Assembly (NCBI GenBank): GCA_964585885.1
Contig: CAZPFQ010000001.1
Span: forward strand, 1 to 61,473
Length of the DNA: 61,473 nucleotides
Direction: 5' to 3'
Source: an uncultured Candidatus Saccharibacteria bacterium
GTDB lineage: Bacteria; Patescibacteriota; Saccharimonadia; Saccharimonadales; UBA10212
Below the pieces are notes generated by a model, which saw only the letters and a list, made by a program, of their open reading frames with translations, had not been told where the DNA came from and searched no databases. A program made the position numbers and the translations under genes. Numbering within the stretch: the first letter of the stretch is position 1; each line of letters begins with the position of its first letter. This document shows, piece after piece, positions 53,618 through 61,473 of the stretch.

Positions 53618-54763
53618 CTATTTTGAGCCGGAGCTATGAAGCGTAGAATTTTCGGCCTGAGCGTCACTAACGGCCTGTTTGACGACCTGCCATACCCTAT
53701 CGTCGTGTTTGGTGACTTTCAGCCAATACCACCACTCAGCGCCCCATAAATCGATTGTGCGCATACCGGTATTTTCTCCGTACTGGATACGTTTTTTGAG
53801 TCTCTCCGGATTCATAGACTTATATTGTTCAGAGAGCGGCGTTTTGATCATATCCATGCCGGCTGGCGGCCAAGGCTCGGCCTGAAGCTCGTGAATAAGC
53901 ATTGGCTTGCCGGTGAGTAGCTCACCGCCGCCGGCTAGCGCACCATAAAACCACGGCGGCAAAGGATATTCGAAATAGCGATGGGTGAATGCTGCGTCCC
54001 AGACGCGCTTGTAAACCGAGATACCAAATTCGTCTGGCGTTGGTTTACCCGTAGGAAAGCCCACCCAGTTATTGCTACGACTTATCTCTACTTTATGTGC
54101 CGGGTCTAGCGACTTTACCATCTTGAGCTCTTCTACGAGGCGATTTCTATCAAAATTTTTGCATTCACCGAAAACCTTCATAAAAAATTCATTCTCAAGC
54201 TCATAGTTATCCAATGCCGGGTTGTTTTTATAGCGCTCAACGACGGCTTGCATGTATCTATAAAGTTGTGGCTTCCATGTGTCCTCTGACGAGCTTATAT
54301 CCACCCATTTTGGTTCGTGGCACTCCGGCCATCTGGGCTGTCGCAGGCCAACGGCCAGGCTGACCCTCGCGCCGTATTTGTTCGCCATCTTAAACTGCCA
54401 GTCGAGTTTTGAAAAATCATAGTGACCAGGAGTCGGCTCAACATCTGACCAATAGCTAACCAGCCTGACCCGTTTCATATTCAAATCTTTTAATATCGCT
54501 TCCAAAGTTTTGTGCGAATCCAGGCCAAAACTTTCGGCGTATTGGGATATGAAAGTCGTCCCCAGTATCAGCGGCTCGTTTCGATGTTTATGCGAGTACC
54601 ACTCGGCTACACCGTAAAAAAACAGCGTTGTTACAGCCATGAGGCTAAGAAGGATAATTAGCACAGTATGGTGAATCGGCCTGTTCCACAGGCCGCTGCC
54701 CGATTTATTGGCTTTTGGTTTTTTTTGCGCGGAGCGACGATTATTTGAAGGCTTGCCCACCAT
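53618..54763 (-). CDS. membrane-anchored TIM-barrel glycoside hydrolase (GH5/GH42-like; family uncertain)
   Basis: N-terminal TM. VRLVSYWSDVEPTPGHYDFSKLDWQF, candidate acid/base in YELENEFF and candidate nucleophile in MLIHELQAEPW. Confidence 0.45.
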   Translation of the reverse strand: MVGKPSNNRRSAQKKPKANKSGSGLWNRPIHHTVLIILLSLMAVTTLFFYGVAEWYSHKHRNEPLILGTTFISQYAESFGLDSHKTLEAILKDLNMKRVRLVSYWSDVEPTPGHYDFSKLDWQFKMANKYGARVSLAVGLRQPRWPECHEPKWVDISSSEDTWKPQLYRYMQAVVERYKNNPALDNYELENEFFMKVFGECKNFDRNRLVEELKMVKSLDPAHKVEISRSNNWVGFPTGKPTPDEFGISVYKRVWDAAFTHRYFEYPLPPWFYGALAGGGELLTGKPMLIHELQAEPWPPAGMDMIKTPLSEQYKSMNPERLKKRIQYGENTGMRTIDLWGAEWWYWLKVTKHDDRVWQVVKQAVSDAQAENSTLHSSGSK

Positions 54764-54797
54764 TACCTGATATCCTAATCAATAAGAATTTCTGTAT

Positions 54798-55595
54798 ATG
54801 AAAAATAAAGCACTAACTATATCTATAGTTATACCAGTCTACAACGAGGAGCGCTACCTCAAAGCCTGCCTTGATTCGATTGCAAGACAATCAGATACTC
54901 CCAATGAGGTGATAGTGGTCGATAATAATTCCACGGACAGTAGCCTTGAAATTGCTAGTAGCTACGGTTTCGTAAAGGTCTTGAACGAGAAACGCCAACA
55001 CCAAGTTTTCGCTCAAGCAAGGGGCTTCAACTCTGCTAAGTCAGATATCTTAGGTCGTATCGACGGCGACAGCATTTTACCCGTTGATTGGGTAAAGAAT
55101 GTAAAAGAAGCCTTTCTAGACAAAGAAGTAGTGGCCGTAACTGGCGGTGCAGACCCTTTTGATGTCCCCGTTCATCTTATTGGCGTACTGATTTTTCACG
55201 GCTATATGTATATCGCGGGGCTAATTGCCGGTACACGCCTGATTTACGGCGCAAATGCGGCAATTAGAAAGTCGTCTTGGAAAATTATAAAAGCAGAAGT
55301 CCTGATGCGTCCTGATATTTGGGAAGATTACGACATGGCCTTTTGCTTAAGGGATAAGGGTAAGGTTAAATATATTGTTAACAATAAGGTAGGTGTATCA
55401 TTTAGGGCCGTTCATACTACCTTCGCGAAGTATGTAAGCTATCAATACAGATCAGTCAGAACATACTATCTAAGGGGTAGTCACTTGAGGACGTTGCTTT
55501 TTATTGTGCTTTGGCTCACAACTTTCTTGGCCTATCCCCTGGCTTATATAGACGATCAAATCCTCAAACTGAGAGACCCAAGACCAGCCGATTAA
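54798..55595 (+). CDS. family 2 glycosyltransferase
   Basis: ISIVIPVYNEERYL, VVDNNSTD and a DGD motif, with C-terminal TM helices. Confidence 0.8.
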   Translation: MKNKALTISIVIPVYNEERYLKACLDSIARQSDTPNEVIVVDNNSTDSSLEIASSYGFVKVLNEKRQHQVFAQARGFNSAKSDILGRIDGDSILPVDWVKNVKEAFLDKEVVAVTGGADPFDVPVHLIGVLIFHGYMYIAGLIAGTRLIYGANAAIRKSSWKIIKAEVLMRPDIWEDYDMAFCLRDKGKVKYIVNNKVGVSFRAVHTTFAKYVSYQYRSVRTYYLRGSHLRTLLFIVLWLTTFLAYPLAYIDDQILKLRDPRPAD

Positions 55596-56173
55596 TTTGC
55601 GTCATTGGTTTGTTGGCGGCCGTTTGATTCGACTGTGACTTGGCATGAGGCCCACAAGCCTCGTCGAGACGTCATAGCGGCGGATTCATCGGCTTTAAAC
55701 TCATCAGATTTTGTAAATGGGAATTGGGTATAGGCGAAGCCATAACCGTTTGTAATTAGCTTTGTTTCGACCATTCGGCCATCTGGCAGATAAACATATC
55801 TCAGTAAACGGCCATAGCGATCGCGGTTGGTATCCAGCGGATCGGCTTGCAAGCGGACTTTGTTTGAACCAATCAGCTTCTTGGTGTAATCGGACGCTTG
55901 AGGTCCATAACACTGTACGGGTGTGTTTGGCCGATGGGTCTCCGGAGTGTCAACCCCTATCATGCGGACTGTTTCGGCAGTTCCATTCATGTCCACCTGG
56001 ATGGTGTCACCGTCTATGAATTGGCTAACGGCGTAAAGTCCCGGCTGATTAAACGAAACTTTCTTTTGTAGCGAACCAAGTCGAATCACAGCGAAAGCCA
56101 AAATAGCTACCAAAACGATAAAGACCAACCACCAAAACCAAAGCTGACGTCGGTTCGGCTGATTCTGGATCAT
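55592..56173 (-). CDS. membrane-anchored/secreted thermonuclease (staphylococcal nuclease fold)
   Basis: N-terminal TM (LWFWWLVFIVLVAILAFAVI). DGDTIQV...VRMIGVDTPE...YGPQASDYTKKLI...RDRYGRLLRYVYL are SNase motifs. Confidence 0.85.
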   Translation of the reverse strand: MIQNQPNRRQLWFWWLVFIVLVAILAFAVIRLGSLQKKVSFNQPGLYAVSQFIDGDTIQVDMNGTAETVRMIGVDTPETHRPNTPVQCYGPQASDYTKKLIGSNKVRLQADPLDTNRDRYGRLLRYVYLPDGRMVETKLITNGYGFAYTQFPFTKSDEFKADESAAMTSRRGLWASCQVTVESNGRQQTNDAN

Positions 56174-56175
56174 TT

Positions 56176-56748
56176 CTAATAATCAATTCCTTTATTGGCT
56201 AGGTACTGTTTGTCGAAGTGATGTCGTAGCTTTGTCATATTCGTGGCGATATCGACTTTGTCCAGTAGATCCTTTGGGAAATTACGACCGGTGAAACACA
56301 AGCTTGTCGCAGGGTTCCGTTTTTCCATAAGCTGGCTTAGGCAGTTTTTTGGTAGTAGCCCTTCAAAAACAGCATTGTTAATCTCGTCGCATATTACAAT
56401 GTCGTACTTACCACTTTGAGCTGCTTTCAGAGCCGCTGCAAACGTCTGCTTGGCCGCGGCTGTATGCTGGGCCTTACTGACTCCATCAGCGCTTAGCTCT
56501 CCGGCATTATAAAAACCCTTTCCGCCCTTGTAAAACATTAGTTTTTTTGCAAAAAGCGGCTGTATTTGCCGAATAAACTCATGTTCGGACACGTCCCAGT
56601 ATTTTATAAACTGCACGAACGCAACGCTCCAGCCGTTACCCAGCGCTCTAGCCATCAGCCCCACAGCGGCGCTAGTCTTACCCTTGCCTTCGCCAGTGTA
56701 AACCACGACGACCGAGTCTTTTGTCTTATAGTCCTCGAAAGCCATCAA
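56176..56748 (-). CDS. cob(I)yrinic acid a,c-diamide adenosyltransferase-like P-loop protein (CobA/CobO/BtuR family)
   Basis: VVVYTGEGKGKTSAAVGLMARALGNGWSVAFVQFIK, DIVICDEINNAV and FTGRNFPKDLLDKVDIATNMTKLRHHF. Confidence 0.8.
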   Translation of the reverse strand: MMAFEDYKTKDSVVVVYTGEGKGKTSAAVGLMARALGNGWSVAFVQFIKYWDVSEHEFIRQIQPLFAKKLMFYKGGKGFYNAGELSADGVSKAQHTAAAKQTFAAALKAAQSGKYDIVICDEINNAVFEGLLPKNCLSQLMEKRNPATSLCFTGRNFPKDLLDKVDIATNMTKLRHHFDKQYLANKGIDY

Positions 56749-57266
56749 CCATTATTATAGACAGCTTTGGGTAGCTGCGAGCTTCGACCTTGTTGCTTGG
56801 CTAGAATGTACAAAACTGCGGTTCTGCTTACTGCCGATATGTCTTTTCCGGCTTCCAAGGTGACACTCGAGCTTAAAAGCAATTCCGTAAGTGTTTTTAG
56901 CGCTGGTATATCCCGAGTTTCAAAATCGGCAACAACTTCGGCTACCGTGTCCATTTGTTCAGTAGAATAGCTAGCGCTGGCAAAAACTGACGATGCAACA
57001 TCTTTGTTAAATTCCTCTTGGGACTGCTCGTCAAGGCTACTGAAGAGCTCGGGCTGACTTGCTGTAATTGCCAGTCGTACCGTCTCGGCTACAATCAGTC
57101 GATCTGCGACTTCTGGTCTTTTCCACGTACTGCGAGTTTCTGGCTCAAATTCTTCCAGTTTTTCTTTTAGCGGCGGTATATCGACGTTATAAAAATTGCC
57201 CTCAAGAATCGACCACGCTAAATCACCAGGCTCGCTCTCACTAGCAGCTTCAGGATTCATAAACAT
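56745..57266 (-). CDS. acidic hypothetical protein
   Basis: 173-aa E/D-rich ORF with no motif recognised. Its stop overlaps the start of the CobO-like gene (ATGA). Confidence 0.5.
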   Translation of the reverse strand: MFMNPEAASESEPGDLAWSILEGNFYNVDIPPLKEKLEEFEPETRSTWKRPEVADRLIVAETVRLAITASQPELFSSLDEQSQEEFNKDVASSVFASASYSTEQMDTVAEVVADFETRDIPALKTLTELLLSSSVTLEAGKDISAVSRTAVLYILAKQQGRSSQLPKAVYNNG

Positions 57267-57372
57267 ATTTTAAAATAAAATTGAAAATTTTACTAGGTCC
57301 AGCCTCGGTGGCTTTGCTTTTTAGGGGATTAGTACTATAGTGAAGTCAGTAATAACGGAGGAAGATATAAAA

Positions 57373-58011
57373 ATGTTTACTAGGCCACAGATAGCCACGG
57401 TGGTGGCTGAATTTTTGGGAACGGCTATGTTAGCGATGGTGGCTCTGATATTGAGTCAGACCACAGCGGTCTCCTATTTTATCGGTACAAGCCTGGCAGT
57501 TGTCTTAGCGGCTATTGTCATGTTCTTCGGTAATATATCGGGAGCTCACGTTAACCCAGCCCTGACATTTGGTCTTTGGACGGCCCGTCAAATAAGCACA
57601 CTTCGGGCAATTGCTTATATCGCTGCACAGCTTTTGGGCGGACTAGCCGCTCTGGAACTCTATCAGTACTTCATCAATCACACCCTGCCAGCTAAAAGCC
57701 TGGCATTTAGTACACCCGTGTGGCTAGCCGAGGTTGTTGGTACAGCCGTACTTGCAACAGCCATCGCGGCGGTTGTTTCGAAGAAAATGGATACAGTTAC
57801 AAGTGCCCTTACCATGGGAGCGGCAATATTCAGCGGTGTAATAATCGCCTCGACCGCGTCTGCCGGTTACATCAACCCCGCAATCGCCCTGGCTGCCCGT
57901 AACTGGAACGCCGTTTACGTGCTTGGACCGTTGGTCGGCGGATTGATTGGCGTTAATCTGTACATGATGCTTTTTGCCGGCAAGATGCCTTCGATAAAGC
58001 GGAAAAAATAA
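57373..58011 (+). CDS. MIP-family channel (aquaporin/glycerol facilitator-like)
   Basis: Two NPA boxes (SGAHVNPALTF and GYINPAIALA) and six hydrophobic segments. ATG 57373 with GGAGG about 10 nt upstream is preferred over GTG 57340. Confidence 0.85.
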   Translation: MFTRPQIATVVAEFLGTAMLAMVALILSQTTAVSYFIGTSLAVVLAAIVMFFGNISGAHVNPALTFGLWTARQISTLRAIAYIAAQLLGGLAALELYQYFINHTLPAKSLAFSTPVWLAEVVGTAVLATAIAAVVSKKMDTVTSALTMGAAIFSGVIIASTASAGYINPAIALAARNWNAVYVLGPLVGGLIGVNLYMMLFAGKMPSIKRKK

Positions 58012-58012
58012 C

Positions 58013-61000
58013 CTACTTTAGCAAGTCCTGCTCAAAAGCCTTGATTCCTGCTAGGCTTGTTTCGTAACCGCTGGTATCAGGGAAATTCAACTCCATGATT
58101 CGTTTCCATACCGCTTTGATAAGTGTAGCGAAGCGCGTGATTTCTGCCGGCTCGTAGGAAAGCTCAAGTGCCGGTAGCAACCTGTCGGCGGCATCTCTTT
58201 CTACGAATTCCAATTTGCCCGTGTCTATTCTTATCCTGCCTTGGAAACTGGCCGAATTCTCTACTAAAATTTTGTAAAACAGGAGTTGCTGGCGGTATTT
58301 ATGAAGTTTGATATTTTCAAAACTATCTTTCCCTTGCCAACTCGCCGCCGGCTTGCCGGTTTTATAATCGGATACTTCAGCCCGGCCAGAGTCTTTAAGG
58401 TGGATGATATCTATTTTGCCACTAAGTCTGGCATCGCCAATGACAACACCATCGTTGTTAAAGCCGCGCTCAGCTAAGTCCTTAGCGTCAAAAATCTTTC
58501 GCCTCTCTTTGATAAACCGGGTAAGGGCTTCTCGTCCCCTACCCTTTAACCTGGCGTAATCAGATTTTTTGAGGTGTTTCCGACCGAGCATATCATCGAA
58601 GTAATTTTGGATGGCTGCAACTGTTGGCATTTTGCCACTTTGCCGCAGCTCAACATGAAGCCACTTCAAAGTCTGATGCACGCTGTCGCCATAAGCGGCT
58701 GACGGCGTAAGAGCTTCGGGAAACCGCAGTAGGTTGTGCATCAGAAAGTAGTAAGGGCCGCCTTCCGTGACGTCCAGGAAGTTGTTTAAATGCGTGACGC
58801 TCAACTTATAGTCGGCAAGTATCGGAGCCATTAACGACGGTTTATCAGCTATTATCTGCCTGAAGCGGTACGACCAATCAGTCGAGAGGATTTCAGCAGA
58901 CTTCACCGAAGGCGGCTTGGTAATTTGCATAGGCTCAAGTCCCTTGATGCCGTCGATGAAGCTCAGAGGAGGCGATACTTTATTATCTAGGCTGTGACTA
59001 TAGCCGCAGATATGGAGCGTTTGCTTGGCCCTTGTTAAAGCTACAAAAAACACCCGAAGTTTGTCGGCGTCGCTCTCACCCGCCGGTGCTATTGGCAGAT
59101 TGCGCGGTAGAGTGATGCGCGGCGAACGGCTTTTAGCCGTCGGGCCCCATACTTCGTCCTGGGCATTGATGGCGAAGACAGCGTCGAACTCCAGCCCTTT
59201 GGCTTTATAAACGGTCATCACCTGTACTGCAGCTGTAGATTGAGTATGTGGATTGGTGTCCGTTATTTTCAGTCGTGCCGCTCGGTTTAGTTCGATAAAT
59301 TCGACCAGGTCTATTATGTGTAGCGTCTGGTTGGGCTGCCACTGCCTGAGGTTTTGGCGTAGTGTAGATAATTGCCCGAGTAGTGTTAAGTAGCTTTCTG
59401 TCGCCTTGTCATACCGCTCAGCGCTGAAGTAGAAGTCTTTAAAGGGTGAAGTAAATTTTAAGGGTTTTTCAGACGGTAGTTCAATTTTGTCGAACTCGCT
59501 GTCTATGCCGCTGACAGTTCCGCCTATCAACCGGTCCATCATATACTCCATGGGCTCCAGTCGACTGCGTTTAGCAAGATCCATAAACCAGTCCGTAACT
59601 GCCTTAACGTCCCGATTCTTATGCCTTGTGAGCACGTCCAGCCAGTGCCGGTGCTTTTTGTAGCATTCCAAGGAGATATCTATCAGTAGTTTCGAGGGAA
59701 ATCCCCAAAAGTCGTAGCCTAGGACTTGACTAAACAGCGCATCGGCTTCTTCTTGCTGGTTTTCTGCCAATGCCACCACAAGCTCCGCCATTGAGGTCAG
59801 TTCGATAATCAGCGGCGCGTCAAGAATGTTTTCACGGCGCTCATAAGCCACGGGTATGTTTTTTTCTCCCAGGTATGGCATCAATCGTTCGAGGTATTTG
59901 TGTCTCGGGGCTATCACTGCGATTTCTTCCGGTACCGTGCCTGATTTTATCAGCCGGCTAACTTCATCAGCTATCCAACTATACTGCGCCAATTCACTCG
60001 CAAATGATTGGTAATCAGCATCAGTTTTCGAAAACTTTTTGGTGGGTCTGAGTTTTTTCTTGGCACCGGGCACGACCGACTCCAGCCGGTCAGAAATCTG
60101 TTCCGCTACAGCTTCGGACACATCCAGGATTTTTTTAGCCGAGCGATAGTTTTCGCTCAACACTATCGGCTTTGCGTCGTATATTTTGGCAAATACCGCC
60201 ATATTCGAGACCTCGGCTCCCTGAAAGGCATAAATCGCTTGGTCATCATCACCAACAGCCATAATATTGGGACGACCCTCGTGCACAGGACTGTCACCTA
60301 AAGCTGTAAGCATTCGGAGCTGGGCCTTATTAGTATCCTGGAACTCATCTACCAATATATATTGATATCTTTCCTGCAGATTAAAACGCAACTCATCACT
60401 GTCTTCTATGGCATGAACGGATTCCATCACCATATCCTCAAAGTCGTATAGGCCTTGACGGATCATACGGTCCAGTAGCTCCTGGTAAACATTCGCTAGA
60501 GCTTGCATCTTACGCCAGTTCCGACCTCCGTCTTTAAATATATAAATTCCACTGGCGTCTTTTTGGCACCACCTCTGTCGCCACTGAGTAATTTCTGGAA
60601 CGTAACGGCTAGTACTGTCTGTTCGCTCAATAGCCTCCTCCAGCTCTAAAGCGCATTTATCGGCGAATGTCGGGAAGCCCAGAATAAGTTCGGCTCTGGC
60701 TAACTTATTGATATCTTCTAGCAACTTTTCGTATTTTGGCAAGTGTTTGGCAAGCGGCGATTCGACAAATGTCTCCGCTATAGGCTCAGAGAGGGCATCT
60801 ATAGTTTTTTTATTAGCGTTTAGTAGAATGTGGAGCTCCGCCGGCGTTACAGCGTTTTGTTTCAACCAGCCGATCACGTCAAGCGTATCCCTGAGAAATA
60901 CGAAGTTATCGCCCACCTTGGCGCTCAGGGGGTTGCTATGGGGCAAGTTCTCGAATATTTCCGCAAGTAACTGGTACCTACCTAACTCATCAACCTGCTG

Positions 61001-61345
61001 GAGTAGCTGCCTGCGGCTGAAGAGGTCCGGGTAGTGGTTTATAATGTCGACGCCAAAGCTATGGAAGGTATGTATCGCTACATGGTAAGCCTGCCTGCCA
61101 ATAATCTTAGTCAGACGCTCGCGCATGTTCCGTGCAGCGTTGTCGGTAAATGTAAGGCACAATATATTACTTGGGCCAACATCGGTTCTCTCGAGAATAT
61201 TGGCGACTCTGGTTGATAACAACTGCGTTTTACCCGTCCCTGGCCCGGCCAAAACAAGTAGCGGCCCGTCAATTGAATCAACGGCTCGTTTTTGCGCCGG
61301 ATTCATCGAACTCAAGGCTTTTTGGAACTCCTCTTTCATTTCCAT
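58013..61345 (-). CDS. UvrD/PcrA/AddA-type SF1 helicase fused to a C-terminal PD-(D/E)XK nuclease domain
   Basis: Motif I LVLAGPGTGKTQ, motif II ILVDEFQDTN and VMTVYKAKGLEFD. The C-terminus has GKIDIIHL...AEVSDYKTGKP (D...D/E-x-K) and KLHKYRQQLLFY. Confidence 0.85.
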   Translation of the reverse strand: MEMKEEFQKALSSMNPAQKRAVDSIDGPLLVLAGPGTGKTQLLSTRVANILERTDVGPSNILCLTFTDNAARNMRERLTKIIGRQAYHVAIHTFHSFGVDIINHYPDLFSRRQLLQQVDELGRYQLLAEIFENLPHSNPLSAKVGDNFVFLRDTLDVIGWLKQNAVTPAELHILLNANKKTIDALSEPIAETFVESPLAKHLPKYEKLLEDINKLARAELILGFPTFADKCALELEEAIERTDSTSRYVPEITQWRQRWCQKDASGIYIFKDGGRNWRKMQALANVYQELLDRMIRQGLYDFEDMVMESVHAIEDSDELRFNLQERYQYILVDEFQDTNKAQLRMLTALGDSPVHEGRPNIMAVGDDDQAIYAFQGAEVSNMAVFAKIYDAKPIVLSENYRSAKKILDVSEAVAEQISDRLESVVPGAKKKLRPTKKFSKTDADYQSFASELAQYSWIADEVSRLIKSGTVPEEIAVIAPRHKYLERLMPYLGEKNIPVAYERRENILDAPLIIELTSMAELVVALAENQQEEADALFSQVLGYDFWGFPSKLLIDISLECYKKHRHWLDVLTRHKNRDVKAVTDWFMDLAKRSRLEPMEYMMDRLIGGTVSGIDSEFDKIELPSEKPLKFTSPFKDFYFSAERYDKATESYLTLLGQLSTLRQNLRQWQPNQTLHIIDLVEFIELNRAARLKITDTNPHTQSTAAVQVMTVYKAKGLEFDAVFAINAQDEVWGPTAKSRSPRITLPRNLPIAPAGESDADKLRVFFVALTRAKQTLHICGYSHSLDNKVSPPLSFIDGIKGLEPMQITKPPSVKSAEILSTDWSYRFRQIIADKPSLMAPILADYKLSVTHLNNFLDVTEGGPYYFLMHNLLRFPEALTPSAAYGDSVHQTLKWLHVELRQSGKMPTVAAIQNYFDDMLGRKHLKKSDYARLKGRGREALTRFIKERRKIFDAKDLAERGFNNDGVVIGDARLSGKIDIIHLKDSGRAEVSDYKTGKPAASWQGKDSFENIKLHKYRQQLLFYKILVENSASFQGRIRIDTGKLEFVERDAADRLLPALELSYEPAEITRFATLIKAVWKRIMELNFPDTSGYETSLAGIKAFEQDLLK

Positions 61346-61401
61346 ATTCTAACGCACAAACTAGCCTCTCTCGTAATCCGCGATTTGTAGGGTTGATAAG
61401 A

Positions 61402-61473
61402 TTATTTTTTGGGCGTAGATCCGAGCACTAGCAGCATAAGTGACGCCCAGGCTATCACCGCCAGCCACGCCGC
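61402..61473 (-). CDS. 3' end of a membrane-protein gene continuing beyond the window
   Basis: The reverse strand from 61473 reads AAWLAVIAWASLMLLVLGSTPKK then stop (TAA at 61402..61404). Only 23 codons are visible. Confidence 0.25.
   Translation of the reverse strand, partial: AAWLAVIAWASLMLLVLGSTPKK

Noticed and set aside
1-61473. CRISPR arrays, rRNA genes, transposases, integrases, toxin-antitoxin pairs and restriction-modification systems.
   Set aside because: Reading the intergenic regions and ORF translations showed no regularly spaced direct repeats, no rRNA-like conserved blocks and no DDE, tyrosine or serine recombinase motifs. The methyltransferases present look like RNA or protein/small-molecule enzymes without a partner nuclease.

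Overview
This 61.5-kb chromosomal window holds about 60 tightly packed genes. Many overlap by 4 nt, and there is no rRNA, CRISPR array, transposase or integrase. Gene content and style suggest a small-genome Patescibacteria/CPR bacterium, possibly Saccharibacteria-like; this is inference only, with no search run. The genetic code is standard: an intact RF2 gene is present and TGA is used as a stop. Left to right: M16 peptidase 3' end; prfB-ftsE-ftsX-coiled-coil/CHAP hydrolase-ctpA; pyrG; rpmA; methyltransferases and membrane proteins; a degenerate kinase-like ORF, a receiver-only response regulator and recO; glyQS; a TasA/camelysin-like protein with a SipW homologue that seems to lack its catalytic residues; an NYN protein; an AT-richer orphan gene with internal repeats; a GH1 enzyme; a reduced dcw cluster (mraZ-rsmH-ftsL-ftsI-mraY-ftsW-murG-ftsQ) with a clear MraZ-box array; an MFS transporter; a sigma-r4/HARE-HTH protein with an anchorless TraD/VirD4-like ATPase; topA-dprA; pth-der; a two-component pair; a small ORF coupled to a UmuC-like Y-family polymerase; tRNA-Glu(CTC); DUF3048; gltX; envelope proteins (DUF4367-like, PEGA, sortase); tRNA-Leu(CAA); Nnr-like, HAD, xth, smpB; a GH/GT2 pair; an acidic protein-CobO-like-thermonuclease operon; an aquaporin; and a UvrD/AddA-type helicase-nuclease. 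The best candidate for something undescribed is the regulator + ATPase module at 29.9-33.8 kb, which is bracketed by a 13-bp perfect inverted repeat and AT-rich spacers. Next are two hairpin-dense ORF-free spacers (37047..37561 and 43330..43774), the unusually long mraZ-rsmH spacer, and the pseudo-peptidase and pseudo-kinase pairs. All family calls rest on motifs read by eye and recalled from memory. No database search was possible.
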